The notes beneath the pieces are model-generated. The model saw only the letters and a list, made by a program, of their open reading frames with translations, was not told where the DNA came from and did no database searches. Below, in pieces: positions 10,138 to 18,799 of a stretch of DNA of 64,000 bases. The translations under genes were made by a program, and so were the position numbers. Source of the stretch: Thermodesulfobacteriota bacterium (GTDB lineage: Bacteria > Desulfobacterota > Binatia > Bin18); the NCBI GenBank assembly GCA_964291405.2, contig OZ219926.1:3136001-3200000 (forward strand), written 5' to 3'. Within the stretch, counting starts at the first letter, position 1; the number at the start of each line of letters is the position of its first letter.

Positions 10138-10875
10138 GTGCATGAACTGGATGCGGGTATCGTCGTCATTGGCAACGAAATACTGTCCGGCAAGACGGTC
10201 GATACCAATTCGCCCTTCCTGGCAAAGGAACTCCGAGAGATTGGAGTGACCCTGAAGCGGGTCGTCGTGATCCCTGACGAACTCGACATCATTACCGAGA
10301 CGGTGCGTGATTTTCACCGCCAGTTCGATATTGTCTTTACCTCAGGCGGTGTCGGCCCAACGCATGACGACATTACCATCGAAGGGGTCGCGCACGCCTT
10401 GGAGCGAAAGGTTATCCGCCATCCCGTGCTAGAGGAAAAGTTACGCTCCTATCTCAACGGCCGGCCGGCAAATAGCGCCTATCTCAAGATGGCGGAAGCG
10501 CCTGAAGGGGCTGAGTTGATTGAGGATGGCGCGGTCCGTTTCCCGACGATCAAAGTGGAAAATGTGTATGTCCTGCCCGGTATCCCGGATATTTTTCGGC
10601 AGAAATTCCTGGCGTTCAAGAGTCGTTTTGCCGCAGACCCCTATTATCTCAAGGTGCTCTACACGCGCGAATATGAGAGCGTGATTGCTGGTTTCCTGAA
10701 TGAAACATTACGTGTGTATCCGGAGGTGATGCTCGGGTCGTATCCGAAGAATAACGATCCTGAGTACCGGGTCAAAATCACCCTTGAGTCAAAAGATAAA
10801 CATTACGTCGATCGGGCTTTTCAACATTTGATCACGTTGCTCCCTGAGGGGTGTGTGGTGAAAACAGAGGGGTGA
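10138..10875 (+). CDS. CinA N-terminal-like molybdopterin-binding protein (COG1058)
   Basis: Motifs IGNEILSG..DTNS, SGGVGPTHDDIT and LPGIP. No C-terminal PncC domain. Confidence 0.85.
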   Translation: MHELDAGIVVIGNEILSGKTVDTNSPFLAKELREIGVTLKRVVVIPDELDIITETVRDFHRQFDIVFTSGGVGPTHDDITIEGVAHALERKVIRHPVLEEKLRSYLNGRPANSAYLKMAEAPEGAELIEDGAVRFPTIKVENVYVLPGIPDIFRQKFLAFKSRFAADPYYLKVLYTREYESVIAGFLNETLRVYPEVMLGSYPKNNDPEYRVKITLESKDKHYVDRAFQHLITLLPEGCVVKTEG

Positions 10876-10885
10876 GGAGGATGTC

Positions 10886-11260
10886 ATGGGAAAAACGTTA
10901 TCGGTTTCATTGTGCGGCTGTGTGCTGGGGCTAGTGTTGTCTGCTCCGCCGCCCGCGTCGGCCAACCCCGACTATCTCGAAGACGCCGGACTTGGAACGG
11001 CGACCGTCGCGGCCAATGTGTTTTACATTCCGGCCAAGCTGACGTACGCCACCCTAGGTGGTATTACCGGCGGTCTGGCCTATGTGCTGACCGGGACCAA
11101 CCGCGAGATTGCCGAACGGGTGTGGAAGCCGTCCATGGGCGGAGACTATATTGTGAAGCGGCGGCATATTCAGGGAGAGGAAACCCTCTACTTCAGCGCG
11201 CCTCTCCCCCGGACGGATGACAGGGCTCTCAACGCGGAACCGCTCCCGCCAGCCTACTAA
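10886..11260 (+). CDS. Hypothetical secreted or membrane protein
   Basis: SD GAGGAGG, signal peptide ending ASA, hydrophobic segment. Confidence 0.7.
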   Translation: MGKTLSVSLCGCVLGLVLSAPPPASANPDYLEDAGLGTATVAANVFYIPAKLTYATLGGITGGLAYVLTGTNREIAERVWKPSMGGDYIVKRRHIQGEETLYFSAPLPRTDDRALNAEPLPPAY

Positions 11261-11280
11261 CCCGTCCCGAGGAATAGCGC

Positions 11281-11892
11281 ATGAGCAGGCTGCGACTAGG
11301 TCTTTCCATCTGCGTGCTCGTGCTGCTTGGCCTGGGCGTCTGGGCCGGTCTCTCTTTCCAGCGGATGCGGACTGCAGCGCTGCAATGGGAGGGGCCGGTC
11401 GCCGAAATCCTGAGTGAACGGCTCGACAAGCGCGCCGATACCATGACGATGGAGTTCACCTCCCGGCTCGACGCCCCGCTGGCCGATATCTGGCAGGCGT
11501 TCTCCGAGCCGGAACGGAGCGCGGAGTTCAGCGAGACCATCCGTGTGTCTCGTCTCCTTCAAGCCCAGGGCAACCGGAAGCTCATCCTCTTTGAGATGGT
11601 CATGCTCGGCCAGCCACAGCGGCTGAGTATGCAGTTCACCTTTCTGCCCGGAGAAAACCGGGTCCGTATCCGGAGCGTCGAAAGCCAAATGAGCGACATT
11701 CAGGGCGAATACCGCTTTACGTCTTCACCGGACGGAACCAAAACCCTGCTGACCTATACCGGTACGCTGAAAGACAAGGTCAGCCTGCCGGTCCCTCTGG
11801 CCCTGCAAAAGAACGCCGCGCGTGAAAGTTTCGTCTCCACCGTGCGTGCTTTGAAAAAGGGTGTGGAGAGTCAGAATACAGCAGGCTCATAG
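11281..11892 (+). CDS. SRPBCC/START-like protein with N-terminal membrane anchor
   Basis: TM helix followed by an IWQAFSEPE / GEYRFTSSPDGTKTLLTY cyclase-like pattern. Confidence 0.7.
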   Translation: MSRLRLGLSICVLVLLGLGVWAGLSFQRMRTAALQWEGPVAEILSERLDKRADTMTMEFTSRLDAPLADIWQAFSEPERSAEFSETIRVSRLLQAQGNRKLILFEMVMLGQPQRLSMQFTFLPGENRVRIRSVESQMSDIQGEYRFTSSPDGTKTLLTYTGTLKDKVSLPVPLALQKNAARESFVSTVRALKKGVESQNTAGS

Positions 11893-11942
11893 CCCGGCCA
11901 GCAGCCGGGTCAGGGTGACTGCGGAGGGACTGGATCATATAT

Positions 11943-12458
11943 CTATGTATCCTCCGGTTGCGCCTGTTCTGAGGAGGGGATCGTGGCAAAAACCTCTTCC
12001 TTATGTTCCCGGAGGAACTGCGCGACATCTTTTGAAGCGCGGAGCAGAATTTCAATATGGGCGACGTCCGCACTCGATACGCTGGCCAGCGTGTGGTGAT
12101 AGGCGCCCAGGGCGGCTATGAGGTCGGTCTGCCGGTCCGGGATCACTTCAAATTTCTCCGTTAGACAGGCGTTAATGCGTTCTGCCAACGCGTCGAAGGT
12201 CTCCTGCTCGACGCCTTCGGTCGTCCCTGAGATCAACTCCTGCCAGAGCATCTCTATGGCATACCGGGCGGGGTGCTCGCGCCGCAGGCCGGCGCTGAGC
12301 TGGTAGAGCTGATTGGCGAGGGGCTGCCAGCGCGCGGGACGTTTGTGGGAGACTAAGGCGTTGGCCTTCAGCAGACGGGCGTGCAAGGCGCTGAGACCGT
12401 ACTGTTCGGTTAAGAGCTGAATCAGCGTATCAAACTCACGTGACGTGACGTGTGCCAT
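11943..12458 (-). CDS. Hypothetical protein
   Basis: ATG at 12458 after AAAGGA. Helical ORF with no known motif. Confidence 0.65.
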   Translation of the reverse strand: MAHVTSREFDTLIQLLTEQYGLSALHARLLKANALVSHKRPARWQPLANQLYQLSAGLRREHPARYAIEMLWQELISGTTEGVEQETFDALAERINACLTEKFEVIPDRQTDLIAALGAYHHTLASVSSADVAHIEILLRASKDVAQFLREHKEEVFATIPSSEQAQPEDT

Positions 12459-12668
12459 GGTATTCCTTTCTGACGATATCCGGGCTCGGTTGGGTGACTC
12501 GTATGCCAGTAATCGCGCGATCATGACAAAAACCCGTGCCGCTCGCAATGCGCTCGTTTTCTTGCCCCTCGTTCAGACTTGGTCTAAAGAAGAAGAGGCT
12601 GTGGTTGGAAACTGCTGCGGGAGCGGTCACAGACCGGAGACCCTTCGAGAAAAAAGAGAGGGAACAGG

Positions 12669-13388
12669 ATGCCGACAGACCACGAAAAAATTCTTGAAAT
12701 TATCCGCCTCAAAGACAAGGCTCCACTTGCCTTGGCGCGGGACAAAACCGCCCTGCTGGTGATTGATATGCAGCGCTATTTTGTCAGCCCCCATTACCCG
12801 CTGATGCAAACCTTTGAGAAATTGGTCCCTGGGGTGAGCGCCGCCTACTGCGAGCGGGTCAATGCGTCCGTCATTCCCAATATCAATCGTTTGCTGGGCT
12901 GCTTTCGGACCAAGCAGATGCCGGTTATGTACACCGCCATTGGCACCTGCCTTAAGGATGGGCAGGATTTGAACCCCATGTGGAAGGCGCTCGATCAACT
13001 CAGCCTGGATACGATAGGCGAGCGCATGTTCCCTGCGGTTGACGAGCCGAGCTGGCAGATTGACGACAGCGTTGCGCCGCAACCGGGTGAGCTGGTTGTG
13101 AACAAAACATCGAGCGGCACCCTGAACTCTACCATGCTCGACCAGACGCTCCGCAATATGGGGATTACCTCGCTCCTGATCTGCGGGGTGACAACGGATG
13201 TATGTGTCGAAACCACGGCCCGGGACGCGGCCGACCGGGGCTTTGACGTCACCATTGTCGAGGATGCCTGCACGGCCTTCAGTTCGGACCTGCACCGGGC
13301 GGCTCTCCAGGCGTTCAGCTATGCATTCGGCCGGGTCCGCAAAACGCACGAGTTGATTCATATCGTGAACACCGCAGAGGCCGTGTGA
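12669..13388 (+). CDS. Isochorismatase-like cysteine hydrolase
   Basis: Motifs ALLVIDMQRYF, VVNK and GVTTDVCVETTARDAADRGF. Confidence 0.92.
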   Translation: MPTDHEKILEIIRLKDKAPLALARDKTALLVIDMQRYFVSPHYPLMQTFEKLVPGVSAAYCERVNASVIPNINRLLGCFRTKQMPVMYTAIGTCLKDGQDLNPMWKALDQLSLDTIGERMFPAVDEPSWQIDDSVAPQPGELVVNKTSSGTLNSTMLDQTLRNMGITSLLICGVTTDVCVETTARDAADRGFDVTIVEDACTAFSSDLHRAALQAFSYAFGRVRKTHELIHIVNTAEAV

Positions 13389-13398
13389 AAGAAAAAAA

Positions 13399-14598
13399 AT
13401 GAAAGCCCTGGTCTTTGCCAAGACGGCCCAGAAAGACGCGCCTCCGGCCCCGGAGTTTTTGCCCGGTCTGGCCAATCTCCAGTTATGCGACGTGCCCACC
13501 CCCGACCTGCCCAATGAACGCTGGGTGGTGGTCAAAAGTAAAATTTCCGGCATCTGCGGCAGCGACCTGGGCTTTTTGCAGTGGAAGCCTATGCCCGCGG
13601 CCGAGCCGTATTTCGAGCTGCCCCTGATTCCCGGCCACGAACTGTTCGGCGAGGTGGCCGCGGTGGGCAAGCGCGTGCGCGGGCTCCGGGTCGGCCAACG
13701 GGTGACCGTCGATCCCACGCTCGGCTGTCGGGAACGGGGCTTTCGGAAGCTGTGCCCACAGTGTCGAAACGGAAACCCCGGGATTTGTGAACATATTGCT
13801 GAGGGACAGCTTCGTCCTGGACTATTAATCGGCATCTGTCCCGATACCGGCGGCGGCTGGGGGGAATATTTTGTTGCCCCCGCACACCGGCTGACACCCT
13901 TGCCGGATACGATAGACGATGATGAAGCCTCGCTGATCGAACCGTTTGCCGTGTGTCTTCGGGCGGTGCTTAACAATCCGCCTCGGCGCAAAGAACTGGT
14001 GATGGTGATCGGCGCTGGGACGATTGGTCTGATGAATATCGCTGCGCTCAAGGCCGTTGAGCCGTCCTGCCGGGTGGCGTGTATTGCCAAGTACCCGTTT
14101 CAGGCCAGATTGGCGCGTCGTCTTGGGGCGGATCACATTATCGATGCCCAAAAGCAGGATGTCATGGTCCAGGTTGGCGAACTGGCCCAGACCAAGGTCT
14201 ATCCACTCTCCGGCGGCGGCGCGGTCCTGGCCGGTGGGGTGCGGCTGGTCTACGATACGGTCACCAATTCGGTCACACTCAATCAGGCGCTGCGCATGGC
14301 GCGAGGCCAGGGAGCCGTTATTGTGCTCGGTTTGGCCGCGCTGCCCGAAGGCGTTGACTGGACGCCGACCTGGATGAAAGAGATTGCTATCGTTGGGAGT
14401 CTGACGTATGGGGCCGAGACGTTTCGGGGCAAACGTCAGGATACGTTTGTGCGCGCGGTCGAACTCTTGAGACGCCGACGCGCAGACTTGCGCGCGATCC
14501 GCCCGCGCAAGTATCCGCTTGAGCAGTTCCGCCAAGCCCTGACCGAAGCCGCCAGCAAGAAAACCTCGGGGGCGGTCAAGGTCTCGTTTGTCCCCTGA
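13399..14598 (+). CDS. Zinc-dependent alcohol dehydrogenase (MDR family)
   Basis: Motifs GICGSD, PGHE, a structural Cys cluster and GAGTIG. Confidence 0.92.
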   Translation: MKALVFAKTAQKDAPPAPEFLPGLANLQLCDVPTPDLPNERWVVVKSKISGICGSDLGFLQWKPMPAAEPYFELPLIPGHELFGEVAAVGKRVRGLRVGQRVTVDPTLGCRERGFRKLCPQCRNGNPGICEHIAEGQLRPGLLIGICPDTGGGWGEYFVAPAHRLTPLPDTIDDDEASLIEPFAVCLRAVLNNPPRRKELVMVIGAGTIGLMNIAALKAVEPSCRVACIAKYPFQARLARRLGADHIIDAQKQDVMVQVGELAQTKVYPLSGGGAVLAGGVRLVYDTVTNSVTLNQALRMARGQGAVIVLGLAALPEGVDWTPTWMKEIAIVGSLTYGAETFRGKRQDTFVRAVELLRRRRADLRAIRPRKYPLEQFRQALTEAASKKTSGAVKVSFVP

Positions 14599-14621
14599 CT
14601 GCTCCCGATAAAGAAGATCGC

Positions 14622-15002
14622 TTATTTCATGGCTTCCACCAACGGGACAATGGTTCCACTGTCAAAATAATCGCACCATTTGCTAATCTTACCGCCGGTG
14701 ATGGTGAAGACGCCGAGAACAGGTAACAAGACCTGAACGTCCCCTTTGACCCAGGTCTCCATACGCTCGTTTGTGACGATATCACCGGAGGAGGCCGTGT
14801 GAGGGATCTCCATCTTTTGCAGTAAGTTTGCGCCGATAAAAGGATCAAGGACCTCACGCACACCGGCATGGCCGGTCACCGGCTCCCACGGTATGTTATG
14901 ATAGAAGACGTCCTCTGACAGATAAGACACCACCGTGTCCATATTCCCACTGCTCAAGGCATTGCAAAACTCCGTCACGAGGGCTTCATTCTCGGTGCTC
15001 AT
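14622..15002 (-). CDS. Limonene-1,2-epoxide hydrolase / NTF2-like protein
   Basis: Motifs YHNIP, VTNERMETW, LPVLGVF and ISKWCDYFD. SD GGAGG. Confidence 0.85.
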   Translation of the reverse strand: MSTENEALVTEFCNALSSGNMDTVVSYLSEDVFYHNIPWEPVTGHAGVREVLDPFIGANLLQKMEIPHTASSGDIVTNERMETWVKGDVQVLLPVLGVFTITGGKISKWCDYFDSGTIVPLVEAMK

Positions 15003-15187
15003 ACTTCCTCCTTTAGGTTCATATGCTCGTGTCTCGCTAGCATAGGGGGGTGGTGGCTGCAAGCGAACTGTCATGGCGGACTTCGGAATCCCGTCTTGTG
15101 GCACTCACCTGTATTGCGCTGAACGGGCGGAGTGTGCAAAACATGCAGCATGGGTCGCCCTGGTAGACCCCGTAGCAACCGTTTCTT

Positions 15188-17536
15188 ATGCGTGAGCGCG
15201 ACCTTCTGGCTTTAGAGTTTGACAAAGTCCTTCAGCTTCTAGCGGACTGCGCCCTGTCGTCCGCCGGTCGAGAAGCCTGCCTGGCCCTCAAGCCCCAGAG
15301 TGCCGGGCCGTTGGTCAAAGAAGACAGCGAGCGAACGTGGCAGGGCTTTCGTTTAGTGGAAGAACGCTTGAGTCTACCGCTCGGACCGTTCCCCGATATC
15401 CGTCCGACCTGTGAACAAGCGGACCACGGCGGTGCCGTGCTTGAGGGACAAAAGCTCCGCGACGTGCTGGCCGTGGTGACACGTGCCCGACTCCTTGCCA
15501 GGTTTTTCCGTCGAGACGCTGTAGCGTTTGACCGCCTGAAAGGCTATGCCGCCCGCCTGCCAGCTCTGCCTGACTTGGAGGCTGCCCTGGACCGCTGCCT
15601 GGACGAGAACGGCGGCCTCAAAGACGAGGCCAGTACAACGCTGCGTTCACTCCGGCGCCAGGTCCACAGCCTGAGCGAGGACATTGAACGCCGCCTGCAA
15701 CGCACCCTGCGCTCAAGCGAGGCCCAGGAAGTAGTGACCGACCAGTTTGTCACGATTCGGAATAACCGTTTTGTTATTCCCGTTCGGCCCAATTTTCAGG
15801 CGCGGTTGCCGGGGGTTGTCCAGGATCGTTCCGGGTCGGGTGAAACCGTGTTCATCGAACCGCTGTTTGTGGTCGAACTCAACAACAGACTGCTGCTCGC
15901 CCAGAAAGAAGTCGCGGCCGAGGAACACCGGATTCTGGTCTGGCTGACCGCGCTGGTGCGGGAGAGTCTCGATCAACTCGAACAGACGTTTGCAACCCTG
16001 ACGGAAATCGACATCCTCCATGCCAAGGTGGTGTTTGCGCAAAAATACGGCGCCACACAGCCGCACTTCGGCTCAGCCATCCAGCTCCGTGGTGCCAGGC
16101 ATCCCTTGCTGACGGCCTCGGATACCGCAGTTGTCCCCATCGATGTGATTCTGCCGAGCGATAAACGCGGGCTGATTATTACCGGTCCGAATACGGGCGG
16201 AAAAACGGTCGCCCTCAAAACCTTGGGTCTTATCTGCCTCATGGCCCAGGCCGGCTTTTTGATTCCGACGGACGAAGCCAATGAACTGCCCATCTTTCGG
16301 AGTGTGTTTGCCGACATTGGGGATGCCCAGTCCCTGGAGCACAGCCTCTCGACCTTCTCGGCCCATATCACCAATATCAGCGATATGCTGGTGACGCTGT
16401 CAGAGCCCGCGCTTCTCCTGCTTGACGAACCAGGTGGCGGCACAGACCCGGCCGAAGGAGGGGCTCTGGCAAACGGGCTGCTCACCGTTCTGAAAGATCG
16501 CCGGGTGTCCCTCGCTCTGGCCACGCATCTGAGTCCGGTCAAGCTCTTTGCGGTGAGTGACGGGAGTTATCAGATTGCGGCGGTGGCTTTTGACCTGGAG
16601 ACCCTCCAACCGCGCTATCAACTTCAGTACGACGTCATGGGCCAGAGCCTCGGGTTGCCCATGGCCCGGCGTCTCGGGTTACCGGAAGCCGTGTGTCGGG
16701 CGGCAGAGGCGGCCCTGTCCGCCGAAGCCCGTCAGTTCTCCGAAGCCCTGTCCCGGCTCGAAGCCGCCTCGGTCAGCTTGGAGCGCGAACGGACCCAGAT
16801 GCGGTCTGAACGCGAACAGGCGACCGCTCTGCGCGCGCGCCAAGAGCGCCTCCTGGCCGAAACCGAGGAAAAATGTCGTCAGGTCTGGCAGGACGAGGTG
16901 CGTGACGCCAAGCTGCTGGTCAGACGTGTCCGCGAGGAAGGCCGCGAGGTCATCGCGCAGCTACGCAAAAACCTGCAAACGCCGCAAACCTCGCCCGGTG
17001 ATGCTCGTCGAGACCTCTCACGGTTCTTGCATGAGAATCAAAGGGAGATCACGGCAAAAGAGCAGACGTTCCGGACTGAACCCGTCGCTGATACACCACC
17101 GCCACAGATCGGGGACGAGGTCGAGATTCGTGGTGGGAAAATTCGGGGTACCTTGCTGACGATCAACGGCAGCAAAGCGAGGGTGCGTCGGGGTGGGACG
17201 ACGTTTGAAGTCCCCCTTGTCCAGGTCCGGCGGACGTCCGAGCAAAAACCTGCGCCGAGCGTTCGGGTGGCCGTCGATCACGCGCCACCGAGTCGGCCCG
17301 AAATCAATCTGCTCGGCCTGCGGGTTCGAGAGGCACTGCCGCGTTTGGAAGTCTTCCTGGATCAGGCGATCCTGAATAATCAGTCGTCCGTGCGTATCGT
17401 GCACGGTATGGGAACCGGCGCGTTGAGGCGGGCGGTCCGGGCGTATTTAGCCGACTCTCCGTACTGTGCGTCCTTTAACGAGGCTCCCCGGAATGAAGGG
17501 GGCGGGGGGGCAACGGTCGTGGAGCTCTCCTCATGA
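15188..17536 (+). CDS. mutS2: Endonuclease MutS2 with Smr domain
   Basis: Motifs ITGPNTGGKT, LSTFSAH and LLDEPGGGTDP, with C-terminal Smr IVHGMGTGALR. Confidence 0.95.
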   Translation: MRERDLLALEFDKVLQLLADCALSSAGREACLALKPQSAGPLVKEDSERTWQGFRLVEERLSLPLGPFPDIRPTCEQADHGGAVLEGQKLRDVLAVVTRARLLARFFRRDAVAFDRLKGYAARLPALPDLEAALDRCLDENGGLKDEASTTLRSLRRQVHSLSEDIERRLQRTLRSSEAQEVVTDQFVTIRNNRFVIPVRPNFQARLPGVVQDRSGSGETVFIEPLFVVELNNRLLLAQKEVAAEEHRILVWLTALVRESLDQLEQTFATLTEIDILHAKVVFAQKYGATQPHFGSAIQLRGARHPLLTASDTAVVPIDVILPSDKRGLIITGPNTGGKTVALKTLGLICLMAQAGFLIPTDEANELPIFRSVFADIGDAQSLEHSLSTFSAHITNISDMLVTLSEPALLLLDEPGGGTDPAEGGALANGLLTVLKDRRVSLALATHLSPVKLFAVSDGSYQIAAVAFDLETLQPRYQLQYDVMGQSLGLPMARRLGLPEAVCRAAEAALSAEARQFSEALSRLEAASVSLERERTQMRSEREQATALRARQERLLAETEEKCRQVWQDEVRDAKLLVRRVREEGREVIAQLRKNLQTPQTSPGDARRDLSRFLHENQREITAKEQTFRTEPVADTPPPQIGDEVEIRGGKIRGTLLTINGSKARVRRGGTTFEVPLVQVRRTSEQKPAPSVRVAVDHAPPSRPEINLLGLRVREALPRLEVFLDQAILNNQSSVRIVHGMGTGALRRAVRAYLADSPYCASFNEAPRNEGGGGATVVELSS

Positions 17537-18153
17537 AAGTTGCTATCCGTGACGCATTAGCCGACCTGCTGCTTGAGGCCCTGGACGATGCGGCGAAAGC
17601 CGCTACGGTGCACGGTCTTGCCATCGACGTCCGAGCGGCCGCAGCCGGACCGCCCTCGCACGCGCTTGCCGAGAAGCTGCGCTGTGTGCTCCCGCCGGAC
17701 TTTGAGGCAGACTGGCCGGCGGTCAGGGCCAAACTCCTTCAATATGGAGCGGTACTGGAGGGCTGGTCCGGGCAGGCTGGAGCCTCGGCTCTCGAAGTTG
17801 TCCTGCAAAAAAGTGTCCTGCTCTTCAACTATCATCTCTTCTTTGAAGTGCACGAAGTCCTGGAGCCGCAGTGGATGAAGGAACAGGGTGAGGTCAAAAG
17901 CTTCCTGCAGGGGCTGATTCAGATTGCGGTCGCGTTCTATCATCTCGGACGTGGCAACCTGGCGGGCACCCGCTCGCTGCTGCACGAGGGACTAATAAAG
18001 ATAGCCCCACACTCGCCCGCTTGGCTCGGTATCGAACTCCAGGATTTCATTGCCGGGCTTGAGAAATGCCAGCAGGTCATCTCGGGTCTGAGCCCTGAAA
18101 CGTATAGGCAGTTCTCTCTGGACGCGGTTCCCCGGATGCGGCTCGTCGCCTAG
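17533..18153 (+). CDS. DUF309 domain protein
   Basis: LFN..LFFEVHEVLE..W..LQGLIQIAVAFYH. ATGA overlap with mutS2. Confidence 0.85.
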   Translation: MKVAIRDALADLLLEALDDAAKAATVHGLAIDVRAAAAGPPSHALAEKLRCVLPPDFEADWPAVRAKLLQYGAVLEGWSGQAGASALEVVLQKSVLLFNYHLFFEVHEVLEPQWMKEQGEVKSFLQGLIQIAVAFYHLGRGNLAGTRSLLHEGLIKIAPHSPAWLGIELQDFIAGLEKCQQVISGLSPETYRQFSLDAVPRMRLVA

Positions 18154-18169
18154 TTGGTGGTGTATCGTC

Positions 18170-18643
18170 ATGCAAGTGGATCGACTCATTATCACGGCCC
18201 GAGCGCAGACCGTCCCGAGCCCGCTTTCGAGTGCCGCCATTGTGGAGCGTATCGCGGATGGAAGCGGGGAGACCGGGGATGTTATTCTCCTGGCAACGGG
18301 CAAAGTCGGAGCCGGGGAGCAGTATATTCAGGCGGTCGAGGCGCTTCAGCAGCACGGCATTGCCGGCATTATCGCGCCCGTCTTTGCCTGGCCGTTCTTT
18401 CGGCTCTGTCTCAACATCGGTCTGCCGCCGCTGACCCTGTGGGAAGCGGGGGAAATTCGGATGGGCGACCGGCTGCGGATCGATGTGAATAACCGCATTG
18501 TGAAATCCATGAGCGCCGGTACCCGCTATCCGATTCGGGACCTGCCTGATCTATATATAGAGATTCTGGCCTGTGGCGGGATGGAAGGCTATGTACGGGC
18601 TCGGCTGGCGGAACAGCAAACGGTGATCTCTTCGGGCGGGTAG
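18170..18643 (+). CDS. Divergent LeuD/aconitase swivel-domain small subunit
   Basis: GIIAPVFAWPFFRLCLNIGLP and C-terminal ILACGG resemble LeuD/HacB. Confidence 0.65.
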   Translation: MQVDRLIITARAQTVPSPLSSAAIVERIADGSGETGDVILLATGKVGAGEQYIQAVEALQQHGIAGIIAPVFAWPFFRLCLNIGLPPLTLWEAGEIRMGDRLRIDVNNRIVKSMSAGTRYPIRDLPDLYIEILACGGMEGYVRARLAEQQTVISSGG

Positions 18644-18726
18644 GCGGACAGAAACCGCGCCCGGACGACCGGCGATCCTCTCTGCCTCCGACGTGCCTCC
18701 CGCCTTTTCCCTCTTCCGTGGGACTA

Positions 18727-18780
18727 AAAGAGTAAACGTATCCTTCCAATCGACAACAACGCTGGATACGTTTACTCTTT
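18727..18780. promoter_or_regulatory. Perfect 17-bp inverted repeat (putative operator or hairpin) upstream of the helicase
   Basis: AAAGAGTAAACGTATCC (18727-18743), a 20-nt spacer, then GGATACGTTTACTCTTT (18764-18780). Confidence 0.6.
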
Positions 18781-18799
18781 GCAGCATAGAGCTACGGAT

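Noticed and set aside
12437-12452. Short (CGTGA)n repeat
   Set aside because: Three short units inside a coding region, compatible with chance.
12627-14090. 487-aa minus-strand ORF
   Set aside because: Antisense shadow of the isochorismatase and alcohol dehydrogenase genes. No motifs, and such ORFs are expected at high GC.
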